Assembly: GCF_006345805.1 (NCBI RefSeq)
Contig: NC_042998.1
Span: 21,266,001-21,330,000 of the forward strand
Direction: 5' to 3'
Source: Octopus sinensis
Taxonomy: Eukaryota
Length of the DNA stretch: 64,000 nucleotides
Part shown: piece by piece, positions 41,962-55,353 of the stretch
Layout of the letters: the number at the start of each line of letters is the position of its first letter
Numbering within the stretch: the stretch's first letter is position 1
Notes under the pieces: generated by a model
What the model saw: the letters and a program-made list of their open reading frames with translations, nothing else
Databases searched by the model: none
Told to the model about the DNA's origin: nothing
Position numbers and translations under genes: made by a program

Positions 41962-43299
41962 CGTGTCTGCCTCTGTGTGTGTGTGTGTGTGTGTGCGTGC
42001 GTGTCTGTGTGTGTATATGTGTATGTGTGTATGTGTGTGTGAAGCCTAGTTTCTAGTTGTTCACAGTACAATGCGGCGAGCTGGCAGAAACGTTAGCACG
42101 CCGGGCGAAATGCTAAGCGGTATTTCGTCTGCCGCTATGTTCTGAGTTCAAATTCCGCCAAGGTCGACTTTGCCTTTCATCCTTTCGCAGTCGATTAATA
42201 AGTACCAGTTACGCACTGGGGTCGATATAATCGACTTAATCCGTTTGTCTGTCCTTGTTTGTCCTCTCTGTGTTTAGCCCCTTGTGGGTAGTAAAGAAAT
42301 AGGTACAATGCAATAGGATCGATCTTGGAGACTTCTAGTTCTGGAAGGAATTTCTTAACTACAAAGTGATGAGTGCACCTGTAAAAGTAATAGACTTAAA
42401 TTAATTGAATTTACTGCTCCAATTAAATTAATACAATTAAGGGATTAAGCACATGATGAATGTGTGTGAGCTGAGAATGACAGATTGACAGAGATGGCCC
42501 AAACAGTAGACAGAAAAGTAGGATTTTATAATATGCATTTTCATGCGCTAGAGCCTAAAATCAATTAAATAATTTCAATAGAAGCAGATCAATTAAGTCA
42601 ACTATATTCCTCCCTTCTAATTTAACCTTACATCTAGTCAAAAGCAAATAAGGTTTCGTTTTTGGATTTGGTTTGCAAGATTCTGAGACAAAACTATTGA
42701 AAAGGTTGCAAGACGCAACGAAAACTTTTAGGACAATAAAAAATTTTAAAAAAGGGGAAATTTTACCGGTGAGTGTGTTACATAATAAGGCACAAAAATA
42801 AAATGACTCTCCCCAAACGCAAATAATGTTTTTAATAGCAGAATCAAGTACTCAGAATAATGGAGGCAGCTATAACAGAGTACTTAAGAAGTTTGCCATT
42901 TTGTTTGCTTTGTGGCAGAGGTTTCAGGTTCTTCATCTATTTAATGCCAAGTTCCCTTGGGAATTTGAAGCTTCCTCGACAATGTGATTATTATTATTAC
43001 CATTATTATTATGTGATTAAAAGTCACAGTTTATTTTGCTGGATATGGTGGAAAGTGTCAGCTGTCCACACACAGCAGACTAAGGTGACACTTGTTAACT
43101 GGTCATGCTTCAAAAACCCTGCGAAGAATTCTTTCAGTTCCAAGCAATGCTGATTTTTGTTGGTGTTCTACCTTCACACTTGCACCGATCTTTTTCAGCC
43201 ATGTTGGTAGTTGAGTGCTGATACTTCCAAGGGTACCAATTACTATTGGTATCACGTCTACTCTCCCCATTTACCACAACCTTCGTATTTCCCGTCGTA

Positions 43300-43431
<132 letters not shown>

Positions 43432-43672
43432 CATATACATATATATATACATATAATAATAAATATTAGGGAATAAATCCAAATTTACAGGGAAATCAGT
43501 TTTAGGATTGAATCCAATTTTATAGTAAAATATTATATAATATTAATTAGAGACAAAACCACTATTTTGCAAATTAAACAAAGAAAGACTTAATCCAATA
43601 CATAAAAATTTAATATAAATTAAATAAAATTAAATTCGCCACTACAATTGTTTCGTATATACATATACACAC

Positions 43673-43740
<68 letters not shown>

Positions 43741-44137
43741 CATACATACATATATATATATGCGTGTGTGTATGTTTGTGTGTCTGTGTTTGTCCCCCTA
43801 ACATCGCTTGACAACCGATGCTGGTGTGGTTACGTCCCTGTAACTTAGCGGTTCGGCAAAAGAGACCGATAGAATAAATACTATGCTTACAAATAATAAG
43901 TCCTGGGACTCATTTGCTCGACTAAAGGCGGTGCTCCAGTATGACTACAGTCACATGACTGAAACAATTAAAAGAGTAGGTATATCTTTGTATTATATTA
44001 GGATCATAGCTTGAGGAGTTTTGACTTGGATTCCCATTATTCATTATCGTTACATCATCATTGTTCTCATCATCATCATCATCATCATAAACATCCAAAG
44101 TTGATTATGTCAATTTTTTCATTTCTTCCCTTTTCAG

Positions 44138-44248
44138 ATACAAAACGAACGACCACAATACTTTGACAATAACTTGACTGCAGCAATTCTAGTCACCATT
44201 TTCTGCTTTTTTCCAACAGGCATTCCTGCTATTATTTATGCATCTAAA
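44138..44248 (+). CDS. CD225/dispanin gene B, coding exon 3
   Basis: cccttttcag|IQNERPQYFDNNLTAAILVTIFCFFPTGIPAIIYASK|gtaagt. 111 nt; typical CD225 segment. Confidence 0.93.
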
Positions 44249-44460
44249 GTAAGTAAAATACGAACATTTCTTACAAGAAATCTTATTCATTTCCATACCT
44301 TTTATCCAGTCGTGGCTGTGTGATAAGAGGTTTGCTTCCCAACCACATGGTTCTGGGTTCAGTCCTAGAGCAAGTGCTTTCTGCAATAGTCTGGTATTGA
44401 TCAAAGCCTTGTGAGTGGATTAAGCACATGGAAAGTTAAAGAATCCTGTTATACACATAT

Positions 44461-44504
<44 letters not shown>

Positions 44505-44505
44505 G

Positions 44506-44537
<32 letters not shown>

Positions 44538-44567
44538 CATACATACATACATACACACACACACGCG

Positions 44568-44599
<32 letters not shown>

Positions 44600-44806
44600 C
44601 ATTCTATTTTCAAATTCTTCCAGGTCAAATTTGGCTTTGATCGTTTAGTGATAGATAAAATAAGTACTTGTTGGATACTGGGGTTGATGCCCATTCCTCC
44701 AAAATTGCTGGCCTTGTACTAAAATTAGAAACCAATATATTTGCGGTTGTTGAGTTTTATTAGCGTGCTTTAAATACAATCAAATTCTTGTCTTTCTATT
44801 TTCTAG

Positions 44807-45025
44807 GCAAATACAAGGATCCGAAATGGAGATATAGCAGGTGCAAACGAAGCTAAAGCGACTGCAAGACGATTTATCATAGTATCAATTCTCGTTGGTT
44901 CACTCTGTTTTATTGCTATAATAGTTCTGTCATTTGTTCTAAGTAGACTAGGATATGCTTATCATGGAAGTAGTTCTGCCAATAACCATGACTTAATATC
45001 CGAAAAGATTTTAGATTCAGATTAA
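44807..45025 (+). CDS. CD225/dispanin gene B, coding exon 4 (last)
   Basis: ttttctag|ANTRIRNGDIAGANEAKATARRFIIVSILVGSLCFIAIIVLSFVLSRLGYAYHGSSSANNHDLISEKILDSD-TAA. Several AATAAA signals at about 45115-45225. Confidence 0.93.
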   Translation, partial: ANTRIRNGDIAGANEAKATARRFIIVSILVGSLCFIAIIVLSFVLSRLGYAYHGSSSANNHDLISEKILDSD

Positions 45026-45512
45026 ATGAAGTATGTTCTTTTTCATATGCTTCATCAATTATTATCACAAAATATTCTCAGTAAGAGATGTTTAAATATA
45101 TTGAGAACTTCAGTTAATAAATGGTATGTTTGGTAATAAATGACATAATGTTAAATATTGAACAATGATATATTCTGATCGGTGATCTCTATGGTTTCAG
45201 CCTGATGGCAAGAACTAATAAAACACTAAAACTATGAGAGTATAGAGATATTCCTGCACCTATTGTACCATTCCTTCTCTCAAGTTGAATCACCCACGAA
45301 AGCAATGGGTGATGTTGCATTTTGGTTTTATTTTAATAATCTTTGGCATTATCGCAGGAACGGTCAAACTTTAAAATCATTTTATAAAAATATATGTTAA
45401 ATAAAGCAAATTTTTAAACTCTTTCCTATTTTTTTCAAAATGATGCCTTAAAACCCGATATTCATATGAGTGTTTAACATTTACATGAGCGTTCAACTCT
45501 GTTTAGCATTTA

Positions 45513-45906
45513 CTAGCAATATAACCCAGCGTTGCTCAGGCTTGTTGTCTTTTCGACCCTTTAGAATTGGAATTTTTGAAAAGTAAAAGTTTTGCATTAT
45601 GTAGCTTGTTATTCTCTTTAAGTGAACATTTTTCTGGTTGAAATACACCGAAAAATGACGACACAGCAGTCAAAAAATCGTAAAAAATAGGGATTTTCAT
45701 AGAAAAAAAACACCTTTTTGATGTAAATAAGTTTTGTTCCTAACATGGTCCGATTTGAATTTTATCTTCTACGGAATGAAGAGCAAGCCTTCTTCTATCA
45801 TACTCTCAATTTTGGTTAACTTGCGCCGCAGGGTCTCGGAGGAGATAGTGTTAGTTGAAGGCTACCAAACATGCCATACACAGACAGCTTCAGCTTTATA
45901 TATAGA
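45513..45906 (-). mobile_element. Non-autonomous Helitron-like element (different internal sequence)
   Basis: 3' CTAG preceded by hairpin CCTGAGCAACGCTGGG; 5' TCTATATATAAAG. Confidence 0.7.
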
Positions 45907-46099
45907 GAGATTAGACACTACATAAGCAAAAGATAAGCCATTATATACATATTTTGACAAACACGTCAACACAAAATGTTAGATAATGGTAGTTAGAAAC
46001 AGCTAAAACTGAAAACTAAATTCAGATATTGATTACAAATGTAGAGAAATATTTCTGGTAGCTTTCATTCATAAATATTAGGGTTAATATTGGTTTATC

Positions 46100-46410
46100 A
46101 TCATCATTGTTCGACCGTGGTCGAGACAATGGGATTTACTATGTTACGCCAGACTTCACAGTCTATCATAGCATTACGGAGGTCCTGTTGCTGAATGCCT
46201 GTATCCCTGGAGATTACATCAGGGTAGGAGAGTGTGCGCCCTCTGGTATCGCGAGCAGATGGCTTCCAGAGGAGAAGAGTAGAAATTACCTCGTTTTCAG
46301 CTCTACAACAATGTCCAGCAAACGGGACTCTTCTACCTTTCACAAGAGATGACACAGGTGCTAATTTCCCATATATTTGTACTTTGGTTGGATGACGCTT
46401 CCACGAGAGA
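46100..46410 (-). mobile_element. RTE-type LINE 3' end
   Basis: RRVPFAGHCCR...LLLWKP...GR...Y.D.I C-terminal pattern with an (ATG)n tail. A possible RTE-like 5' UTR piece lies at about 35200-35760(-). Confidence 0.7.
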
Positions 46411-46766
46411 TTTTGGTTTAAATATTTCTTATCATGACAAACAAGGGGAAGTGGAGTTCACAACAACCAAACTAATAGTATTTTGCAGACAAGAAAGTTA
46501 AATCTTCAACACAGTAAAGCTGTAAGGACAACAGCAGAAGATTGGGTATCTACCCTTATAAAACAGAAGCTGCCGGTGGGCGGCTACTGGACTCGCACCC
46601 ACTTCCTTCAGATACCGTTTATGGAGTGGACCACAAAGTTCAACTGCACCCCCGCAACAATCACAGTTAAATTATCCATCAATTAATCAACTTGTATACT
46701 CTATGACGAACGGCAGCAGCAGCAGTAACGATGGCAACGATACTACTGATACTGCTGCTGCTGCTG

Positions 46767-46812
<46 letters not shown>

Positions 46813-48589
46813 ATGCCAAAGACTGACGTAGGAAGGCAATAACAAGATATGTGGGCAGACGTAGACACCCTCCCCCGAGACTGACCAAACAGCGCCACCC
46901 AAGAGCAATTCTTAAATTATTTCTACATGCCGAACATTCAAGTGGAAAGGCACTAAGAAGAAATGTAGGCAAATATAGACATCATCAACCGAGACTAACC
47001 AGACGGCGCCGCCCAAGTGCAATTCTTAAAGGAGACCCTCGTAGTAAATCATTCTGCTGACCTCATTAGTACTGAAGAATTCATTCTCATTCCCACTTAT
47101 CTGGGAAAATAGAGAGTGAGGGTGAATACATATGATGTGCCACCAGAAGTCGTTATCTGATGAATGGTGGTGTGCGGAGATCTGGCCGTAAGTGGCATTC
47201 TCCCTGACATGAAATATATCCAAGAGAACTGATTCGGAACAATACTGGAAGATTTATTAGATGAATCTAGAAGAGCTGGTAAAAAGATCTTGGCCTAATA
47301 TAGCTCATAAACAAGGGAGACTTTCACGTCACTGTGGAATGAAGAAGATCAAAATTCATATATGTGGTGACGCCTTCTACCCGCAATAGAAGGTGAAAGT
47401 ATGGAGGCACCGCTGTTTTGAACATCAGAGACATCAAACATAATTACAATGCCAGCAACAACGTGCAACCATAATATTAGTAATAGCAATTACAACAACA
47501 ACAGCAACAAAAAATGTGTTTATGAATGTATGCATTAGCCATCCGTGACCTCTTTAAGGAGCTGGACTCTTGTTGAAGGTAACTTCGGTCTCAGATCTGC
47601 TGAGATTCGTTTGTTATACTGTAAAGATTTATGAGTGTAGTACCTTACATGGTGAGGGGTAGGTGAGTAGAGGGTAGGTGTATGTGTGAGCATCTGCGTG
47701 TGAAAGGGGTGCGTGTGAGTGTGTGGTCTAACATGCGTGCTAATGTGACTGGATCAACCAAAAGGCAAAATTAAAAGCGGTCACAAAAGTGAAAGAGTGT
47801 GCCGACTAGCACCACTTTTGCTAAAGGTAAGAGTTAAACTAACTCAAACGCCAAACAATCACTGATATGACTGACAAAGCTGGGTAAATCCCCGGCGTAC
47901 ATAGCCGGATCGCGATTTCAGATTTTGAAGTAAACCATCTTAATCCTCATCAGCGGCTTTTAAACACCTAAAGTTAGACTCACCTACCTCTGTCAGTCTT
48001 ATAGAGAAAACTGTAGAGAACGTGTGCTGATTATCAAAACAGTGAAAATGTAAGGAACAAATTGAAAAGAGTGGCTTATTAGCAATTAGAATCTAAAAGC
48101 AAAATAAACAGAGGCGCAGGAGTGGCTGTGTGGTAAGTAGCTTGCTAACCAACCACATGGTTCCGGGTTCAGTCCCACTGCGTGGCATCTTGGGCAAGTG
48201 TCTTCTGCTATAGCCCCGGGATGACCAATGCCTTGTGAGTGGATTTGGTAGACGGAAACTGAAAGAAGCCTGTCGTATATATGTGTATATATATATATAT
48301 GTATGTGTTTGTGTGTCTGTGTTTGTCCCCCTAGCATTGCTTGACAACCGATGCTGGTGTGTTTACGTCCCCGTCACTTAGCGGTTCGGCAAAAGAGACC
48401 GATAGAATAAGTACTGGGCTTACAAAGAATAAGTCCCGGGGTCGATTTGCTCGACTAAAGGCGGTGCTCCAGCATGGCCGCAGTCAAATGACTGAAACAA
48501 GTAAAAGAGAGAGAGAGGTCATAAAAGTGACAAAGGGAGTGTGTCTGGCACCGTTTTTGCTCATCATTAGACGACGTATGAGGGTTCGG

Positions 48590-49392
48590 CAATTTATGAC
48601 TGAACAACCACACGGATGATTTGTTTATAGTGATCAAATGTTTGTCTACACATAAGCTCACTTCCTCCATCAGATCGATATTACCTGTACAAGTGCAACG
48701 GGTGACACATGTCAGATGTCGAAATTATCGCAGAGTAACGTGAATGCCCAAGAATGCAACGCCCGGTCTGGGAATCGACCGTATTGTAACTTGCGATGAG
48801 AAGTGGATTTTGTATAGTAATAAAAAACCATTCTTCGCAGTGGTTGAACGAAAATGAAGCACGGAAGACCTTCCCTAAACCTGAGCTCTTCAAAAAGAAG
48901 GTTATGGCGAAGGTTTGGTCGTGTACTGCTGGACTCATTCACTATAACTTCTTAAAACCCAGAAGAACTATTACTGCAGAAACATATTGCCATGAAATTG
49001 CTAAATGAACGGAAAACTATTCTCCGTCCCAGACTGGTCAATAAGTCACTAACTACGACCCTGAAGTTGAGGGAACTTGGCTTTGAAGTTCTTCCTCACC
49101 CAGCTTATTCCCTAAACGTTTCGCTTACCGGCTACCACTTTTTCGAGCACCTCGATGATTTTCAGCGAGACAAGGAGTTCAAAAATCAAACCAATGCTGA
49201 AAGTGCGTAACTACAGTTCATCAGCTCCACAACTCAAGATTTTTATGTTACCGGAATAAACAAACTTGTAGCTCGTTGGCAAAAATGTGCTGATTCTAAC
49301 GGTACATACTTTCATGAATAAAATTTTCGCATTGAAATATATTGTGATGAATTTCATGTTTCCAAACGTTGCTTACTTTTTACTCAGCCTGA
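48590..49392 (+). mobile_element. Decayed mariner (DD34D) transposon 3' part
   Basis: IVTCDEKWILY, KKVMAKVW, ITAETYC and LPHPAYS...YHFF motifs; terminus ...TTACTCAGCCTGA-TA. Confidence 0.85.
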
Positions 49393-49740
49393 TACGTGCG
49401 TACGTTTCGGAAAAAAATCGTATGACGTTGGTTTCCATGTAAGTTTCATGTAAGTGCCACTTAAACTGTCTCTTTCTCTATCTATAAAAGAAAGATTTTT
49501 GGTTTTTTTTCCACTAGACCTGATAGAATAGTCTTAAATCCACCCCACCAGTAGTAAATCTAAATAGCAAAGTAAAATCAATGATAAGCAGTATCTCCAT
49601 GAAAAAATATTAATTACTACTATGTTTTTGTTGATGAAACTTGGTTTCTCTGCCTACCTACTTACCCTCTTTGGTATATTGGTTAATGGAAAAAAACTAT
49701 AAAAATGAATCTCTTAAATTTAACTAAATTCTATATTTGT

Positions 49741-49830
49741 ATGCAGCTGAAGATTGCTCTACATTTTAAAACTGATGTAATACTTGCATTGTTTAATTAA
49801 ATGGAGTCGCATGAAACGATCGTACTGCAT
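49741..49830 (+). ncRNA. Type-I hammerhead ribozyme motif
   Basis: atgcag-CTGAAGA-ttgc...gcat-GAAA-cgatcg-TA-ctgcat: perfect 6-bp stem I, palindromic stem III, long stem II; (TA)n follows about 135 bp downstream. Confidence 0.8.
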
Positions 49831-49965
49831 TAACTCTGGAGATCCTTGTTGCTTATTTTGATTCTAATCGCCCCATTTTGAATTATATGGATAAAACCAT
49901 ACTAAATTCTGGTGCATTTAACTTAAGTACCATAGTCAACTGAATCTAAATTTTTACTGAACTGC

Positions 49966-49996
<31 letters not shown>

Positions 49997-51573
49997 TATA
50001 TTTATATAAATAAGGATAAGATCGTTATTTTAAATACCGATCATATCATGTGGATAGCATTGCATGGGAATAAAATCCTCATAGGTAAGAATTATTAAAA
50101 TTATAATTAAGGGTATCAAAGCTTGACTGTAAAGTTTTAATAATTATTATATATATATATGTGTATGTGTGTGTGTGTATCTGCGTGTAGAGAGAGAGGG
50201 AGGGAGAGAATGAGAGATTTTTTAGAAATGAATCCTCTTTCTGAATGTAAATTTCATTTCATGCTTCTGTCTTTCTCTCTCTCTCTCACACACAGACTCA
50301 TACACACACATACACTTATTTGTTGTTGATATCGCAGTCCTTGACCTTATACCTTATATATATATGTATTTCAACGTCAATGTTGTCAATACCGACACGG
50401 GTGATATGATACTCATATAATATATATTTCTTTACTACCCACAGTAAAGGACAGACAAAGGGATTAAGTCGATTACATCAACCCAGTGAGAAACTGGTAC
50501 TTTATTTATCGACCCCCGAGAGGATGAAAGGCAAAGTCGACCTCGGCGGAATTTGAACTCAGAACGTAACGGCAGACGAAATACGGCTACGCATTTCGCC
50601 CGGCGTGCTAACGTTTCTGCCAGCTCGCCGCCTTTATACTCGTATAATATAGATGAGTCATCATGTCTTGATATTTTGCATATCGTTTTCACTGCTGCTG
50701 TTAATTCGGTTGCTGTTTCTATTGCTGCTGTTGGCGATGTTTTTGATTTCATCGTTGGTCCATAGTCTTTTTTTTTTTTACTTTTGCTTTTATTTGTTTC
50801 AGTCATTTGACTGCAGCCATGCTGGAGCACCGCCATTTAGTCAAGCAAATCGATCCCAGGAATTATTCTTTGTAAGCCTAGTACTTATTCTATCGGTATA
50901 TTTTGCCGAACCGCTAAGTTACAGGTATGTAAACACACCAACATTGGTTGTCAAGCGATGTTGGGGGGACAAACACATACACACATACATATATACATAT
51001 ATATACAGAGTGAGAGAGAGAGAGAAATGGGTGGATGGATAGATAGATGGCTAGATAGATAAATAGGTTTGTAGGTAGGTACGTAGGTAGGTAGGTAGAT
51101 AGGTAAACATACATATCAAAGTTAGCTTGAGTGTGGCTTGTGATGCAAATTACCGCCAATTTTAAAAAAAGCTCTTTGCGAGGAAAGGTTCAAGGGCTGT
51201 CATTAAAACCATGCAATTTGTTTGGCCATTAAATAATTGTTATCCGTATCATGTACTATGCAAGTCGTGTTTCCCACCATATGAAGCCTACGTTAACACC
51301 GTCATAATTAAATAGGTTTCAATAAACATATGATCCATTTTCAAGCGCTGACTAATTCAAACTTTATATATGACTTTTTATTTTTTAACACGGTACGATG
51401 TGGCTTCATAAAAATTTGCATGGAATTTACTTAAAGAGTGAGCAACTACAGAGCGTTACAAAACTTCTCAAACCGTTCAAACTGCGAACCAACTGCATCG
51501 ATCTCTCTGGTTTATTCGTTCCATCCCTGATAACTCCATCATAAAAGAGAGACCATATTTTCAATAATTCTAT

Positions 51574-52145
51574 TTGTCGACTTTGCCTTTCATCCTCTCG
51601 GGGGTCGATAAATAAAGTACCAGTTTCTCACTGGGTTGATGTAATCGACTTAATCCCTTTGTCTGTCCTTGTTTGTCCCCTGTGTGTTTAGCCCCTTGTG
51701 GGTAGTAAAGAAATATATATTATATGAGTATCATATCACCCGTGTCGGTATTGACAACATTGACGTTGAAATACATATATATATAAGGTATAAGGTCAAG
51801 GACTGCGATATCAACAACAAATAAGTGTATGTGTGTGTATGAGTCTGTGTGTGAGAGAGAGAGAGAGAAAGACAGAAGCATGAAATGAAATTTACATTCA
51901 GAAAGAGGATTCATTTCTAAAAAAATCTCTCATTCTCTCCCTCCCTCTCTCTCTACACGCAGATACACACACACACATACACATATATATATAATAATTA
52001 TTAAAACTTTACAGTCAAGCTTTGATACCCTTAATTATAATTTTAATAATTCTTACCTATGAGGATTTTATTCCCATGCAATGCTATCCACATGATATGA
52101 TCGGTATTTAAAATAACGATCTTATCCTTATTTATATAAATCTAT
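51574..52145. repeat. Inverted copy of about 50000-50545 flanked by a 19-bp direct repeat
   Basis: Near-exact reverse complement; ATATTTTCAATAATTCTAT at 51555-51573 and 52146-52164. Confidence 0.88.
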
Positions 52146-52414
52146 ATATTTTCAATAATTCTATGAATGTAAGCTCCAGAAGTAGTTACTTGCATTCTCT
52201 TTACTCTCTTTTACTTGTTTCAATCATTTGACTGTGGCCATGCTGGAGCACCGCCTTTAGTCGAGCAAATCGACCCCTGGACTTATTATTGGTAAGCCTA
52301 GTACTTATTCTATCGTTCTCTTTTGCCGAACCGCTAAGTTACGGAGACGCAAACATACCAGCATCGGTTGTCAAACGATGTTGGGGGAGGGGACAAACAC
52401 AGAGATACACATAT

Positions 52415-52457
<43 letters not shown>

Positions 52458-52793
52458 CATGACCGACCAGGTTATCAGATGTTGCTACACATCGCTGGTT
52501 ACAATGCGCTTCGCATTGTTTTAGCCTTCAAACGACGCCACCCCGCTGGCTAAGAGAGCAGGCCAACAGAAGAAAGAGTGAGAGAAAGTTGTGGCAAAAG
52601 AGTACAACAGGGATAGCCACCACCCCCTGCAGGAGCCTCGTGAAGCTTTAGGTGTTTTCGCTAAATAAACACTCACAATGCCCGGTCTGGGAATCGAAAC
52701 CGCGATCCTACGATCGCGAGTCCGCTGCCCTAACCACTGGGCCATTGCGCCTCCACACACACACACACACACACACGCACGCACACGCACACG

Positions 52794-52864
<71 letters not shown>

Positions 52865-52872
<8 letters not shown>

Positions 52873-53338
52873 ATTGGTGAATTGAAGAAATGGAGCTGAA
52901 CGCAGATTGAACAGAAATCGTTTTATTTCATTCTACACGTGTTTCGAAAGGCACAAATTACCAAAATCCGATTGAATAATGGGACCATATTGTGTCTTTC
53001 TCTTCAGGAAGAAAAAAGGAAATCCGTTAGAGAAACAAAAACAGAACAGAGGCGGAGCAAAAACCAAATCGAACTATGCTCCTAAGAGCCCATGGCGAAA
53101 CTGTTTCGCCATGGGCTCTTAGGAGCATAGTTCGATTTGGTTTTTGCTCCGCCTCTGTTCTGTTTTTGTTTCTCTAACGGATTTCCTTTTTTCTTCCTGA
53201 AGAGAAAGACACAATATGGTCCCATTATTCAATCGGATTTTGGTAATTTGTGCCTTTCGAAACACGTGTAGAATGAAATAAAACGATTTCTGTTCATCTG
53301 CGTTCAGCTCCATTTCTTCAATTCACCAATAATGTTTT
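52865..53338. repeat. Near-perfect palindrome (about 235-bp arms, 3-nt spacer at 53101-53103) with a hammerhead motif in each arm
   Basis: Centre CCCATGGCGAAA-ctg-TTTCGCCATGGG; one 1-nt indel seen between arms; starts at a (TA)n tract. Confidence 0.95.
53194..53273 (+). ncRNA. Type-I hammerhead ribozyme motif (mirror copy at 52931-53010 on -)
   Basis: ttc-CTGAAGA-gaaagacacaa...ttgtgcctttc-GAAA-cacgtg-TA-gaa: long stem II, palindromic stem III, 3-bp stem I. Confidence 0.8.
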
Positions 53339-53484
53339 AATTTCAATTATCCGCACCAACGCACGGTTGCAACGCCAGATGGTTGTACCTCCAACCGTGC
53401 TGTTTACTGCTGTGATTTTTGCTACTAAGGTATCGGTTAACTTTTGATTAATCTACAACAAGATTATTCATCTTTCTATTTCAC

Positions 53485-53540
<56 letters not shown>

Positions 53541-54054
53541 ATATATACACACATATATACGACGGGCTTCTTTCAGTTTCAGTCTACCAAGTCCACTCAC
53601 AAGGCTTTGATCCGCCCGAGGCTATAGTAGAAGACACTTGTCCAAGGTGCCACGCAGTGGGACTGAACCCGGAACCATGTGGTTCGTAAGCAAGCTACTT
53701 ACCACACAGCCACTTCTACGCCATTCATGCATCTTAACTGTACGTTAAAAATGCATAACGAAGTTTTAAAGAATTACGTCAGCTGGCTATATAACTGACA
53801 TAGATATGCATGAACCGATAAGTGCTGCATGGTACGTATTTGATAAAAAGTATTATCATTGACAATGAAGCAAACTCGCCCACGATAGCAACGTCACAGA
53901 TATAAAATTACTGCTAACGCTGTCCAAAGTCCGTCCCAATTGTATTATTTTCACTGCGGCGAGTGAGACAAGTAATACCACAAATTTTAAATTTTCTCAG
54001 AGTATACTCACTTCTACCGCCAACCACTTCACTCAGCAGCGCTTATTCACCAGT

Positions 54055-54064
54055 ATGGAACCCC
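54055..54064 (+). CDS. CD225/dispanin gene C, putative coding exon 1 (M-E-P); other exons not found in window
   Basis: ATG GAA CCC C|gtaagtat: same 10-nt phase-1 exon and homologous flanks as genes A and B. Confidence 0.7.
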
Positions 54065-54320
54065 GTAAGTATATATTACTGACTTTTCTCTATTCATCAT
54101 TATATATACACTCCCAACTTTTATGATTCTATAACTTTTTTTTCCAAATGAATGCAACCACAACTCGACACATACGATACCTCCAGAGTACTAAGTTATC
54201 GTTCTGTCTGTTCATGAAATATATTAAAAGAATAATATAAACAAACTTGTAATATACGCTAGACAAATTAGATCCAAATTCTACAAAAGCTCTCCATTCA
54301 TGTAGAGATATTTGAAGACC

Positions 54321-54410
<90 letters not shown>

Positions 54411-54416
54411 ATACAG

Positions 54417-54469
<53 letters not shown>

Positions 54470-54574
54470 CATATATATACATATATATATACATGCATAT
54501 ATATACATACATATATACATACATACATACTTACATACATTCATACATACATACATACATACATACATACTACA

Positions 54575-54679
<105 letters not shown>

Positions 54680-54842
54680 ATTAACAATTTAGAAATAGGA
54701 TAAACTCTTCATTAGTAATTATCAGTAGTTAGCGTGAAAAACCTCATAACGGAAAAATTAATAAATGTTTCCCTTATCAGTTTTTTACGCTAACTACTTG
54801 ATAATTACTTAGAAAGATTTTATCCTATTTTTAAATTGTAAA

Positions 54843-54882
<40 letters not shown>

Positions 54883-54974
54883 GACTGCTCTTTCTAGCGA
54901 GTCAGATATCCTATTCTTCGGTTATCTCTTTTGTGTTTGAACGTATATATATTATATATATATATATATATATA

Positions 54975-55353
54975 TCTATATAAACGGCAGTTTGTCTGTG
55001 TGTGTTTCTGTGTGTCTGTTTGGTTGTAACCTCACTCTGACCACGGCTTTCAACCGATTCTGATGAAACTTGACACACACATAGCCCAATGTCATAATTC
55101 AAAACTAACACAGCGAAAAGTTTGAAAAGTTCCCCCAGTTCTGAAAAAAAATCAATAAATTCGACATGGGGTCGAGAATCAGAAACACAAACCACAGACT
55201 GTCTAGGGGACGCAACTCCACCTTTTTAACTCTCAAAAAAAAATTACCATCGTTTTTTTCCCATTTTTTTGCTATATTTTGGCTATAACTATCTAAAAAT
55301 GCTTTATAGTTATTTCCCTTACAAACCCGAGCAACGCCGGGCGATACTGCTAG
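54975..55353 (+). mobile_element. Non-autonomous Helitron-like element
   Basis: A|TCTATATAAACGGCAG...CCCGAGCAACGCCGGGCGATACTGCTAG|T. Confidence 0.82.

Larger units (their letters stand above)
51120..54320 (+). promoter_or_regulatory. Upstream and first-exon region of gene C, paralogous to that of gene B
   Basis: 51120-51573 resembles 35830-36040 plus 36840-37110 (e.g. AAGCTCTTTGCGAGGAAAG, TTTGTTTGGCCATTAAATA, CCATATGAAGCCTA, GAGCAACTACA). 53730-54320 resembles 37150-37770, including a donor gctgcatg|gtacgt at 53832. Confidence 0.75.

Noticed and set aside
54686-54842. Imperfect hairpin with CTGATAA/GAAA-like words
   Set aside because: Core is not CUGAnGA and there is no stem II; treated as an unclassified small inverted repeat.
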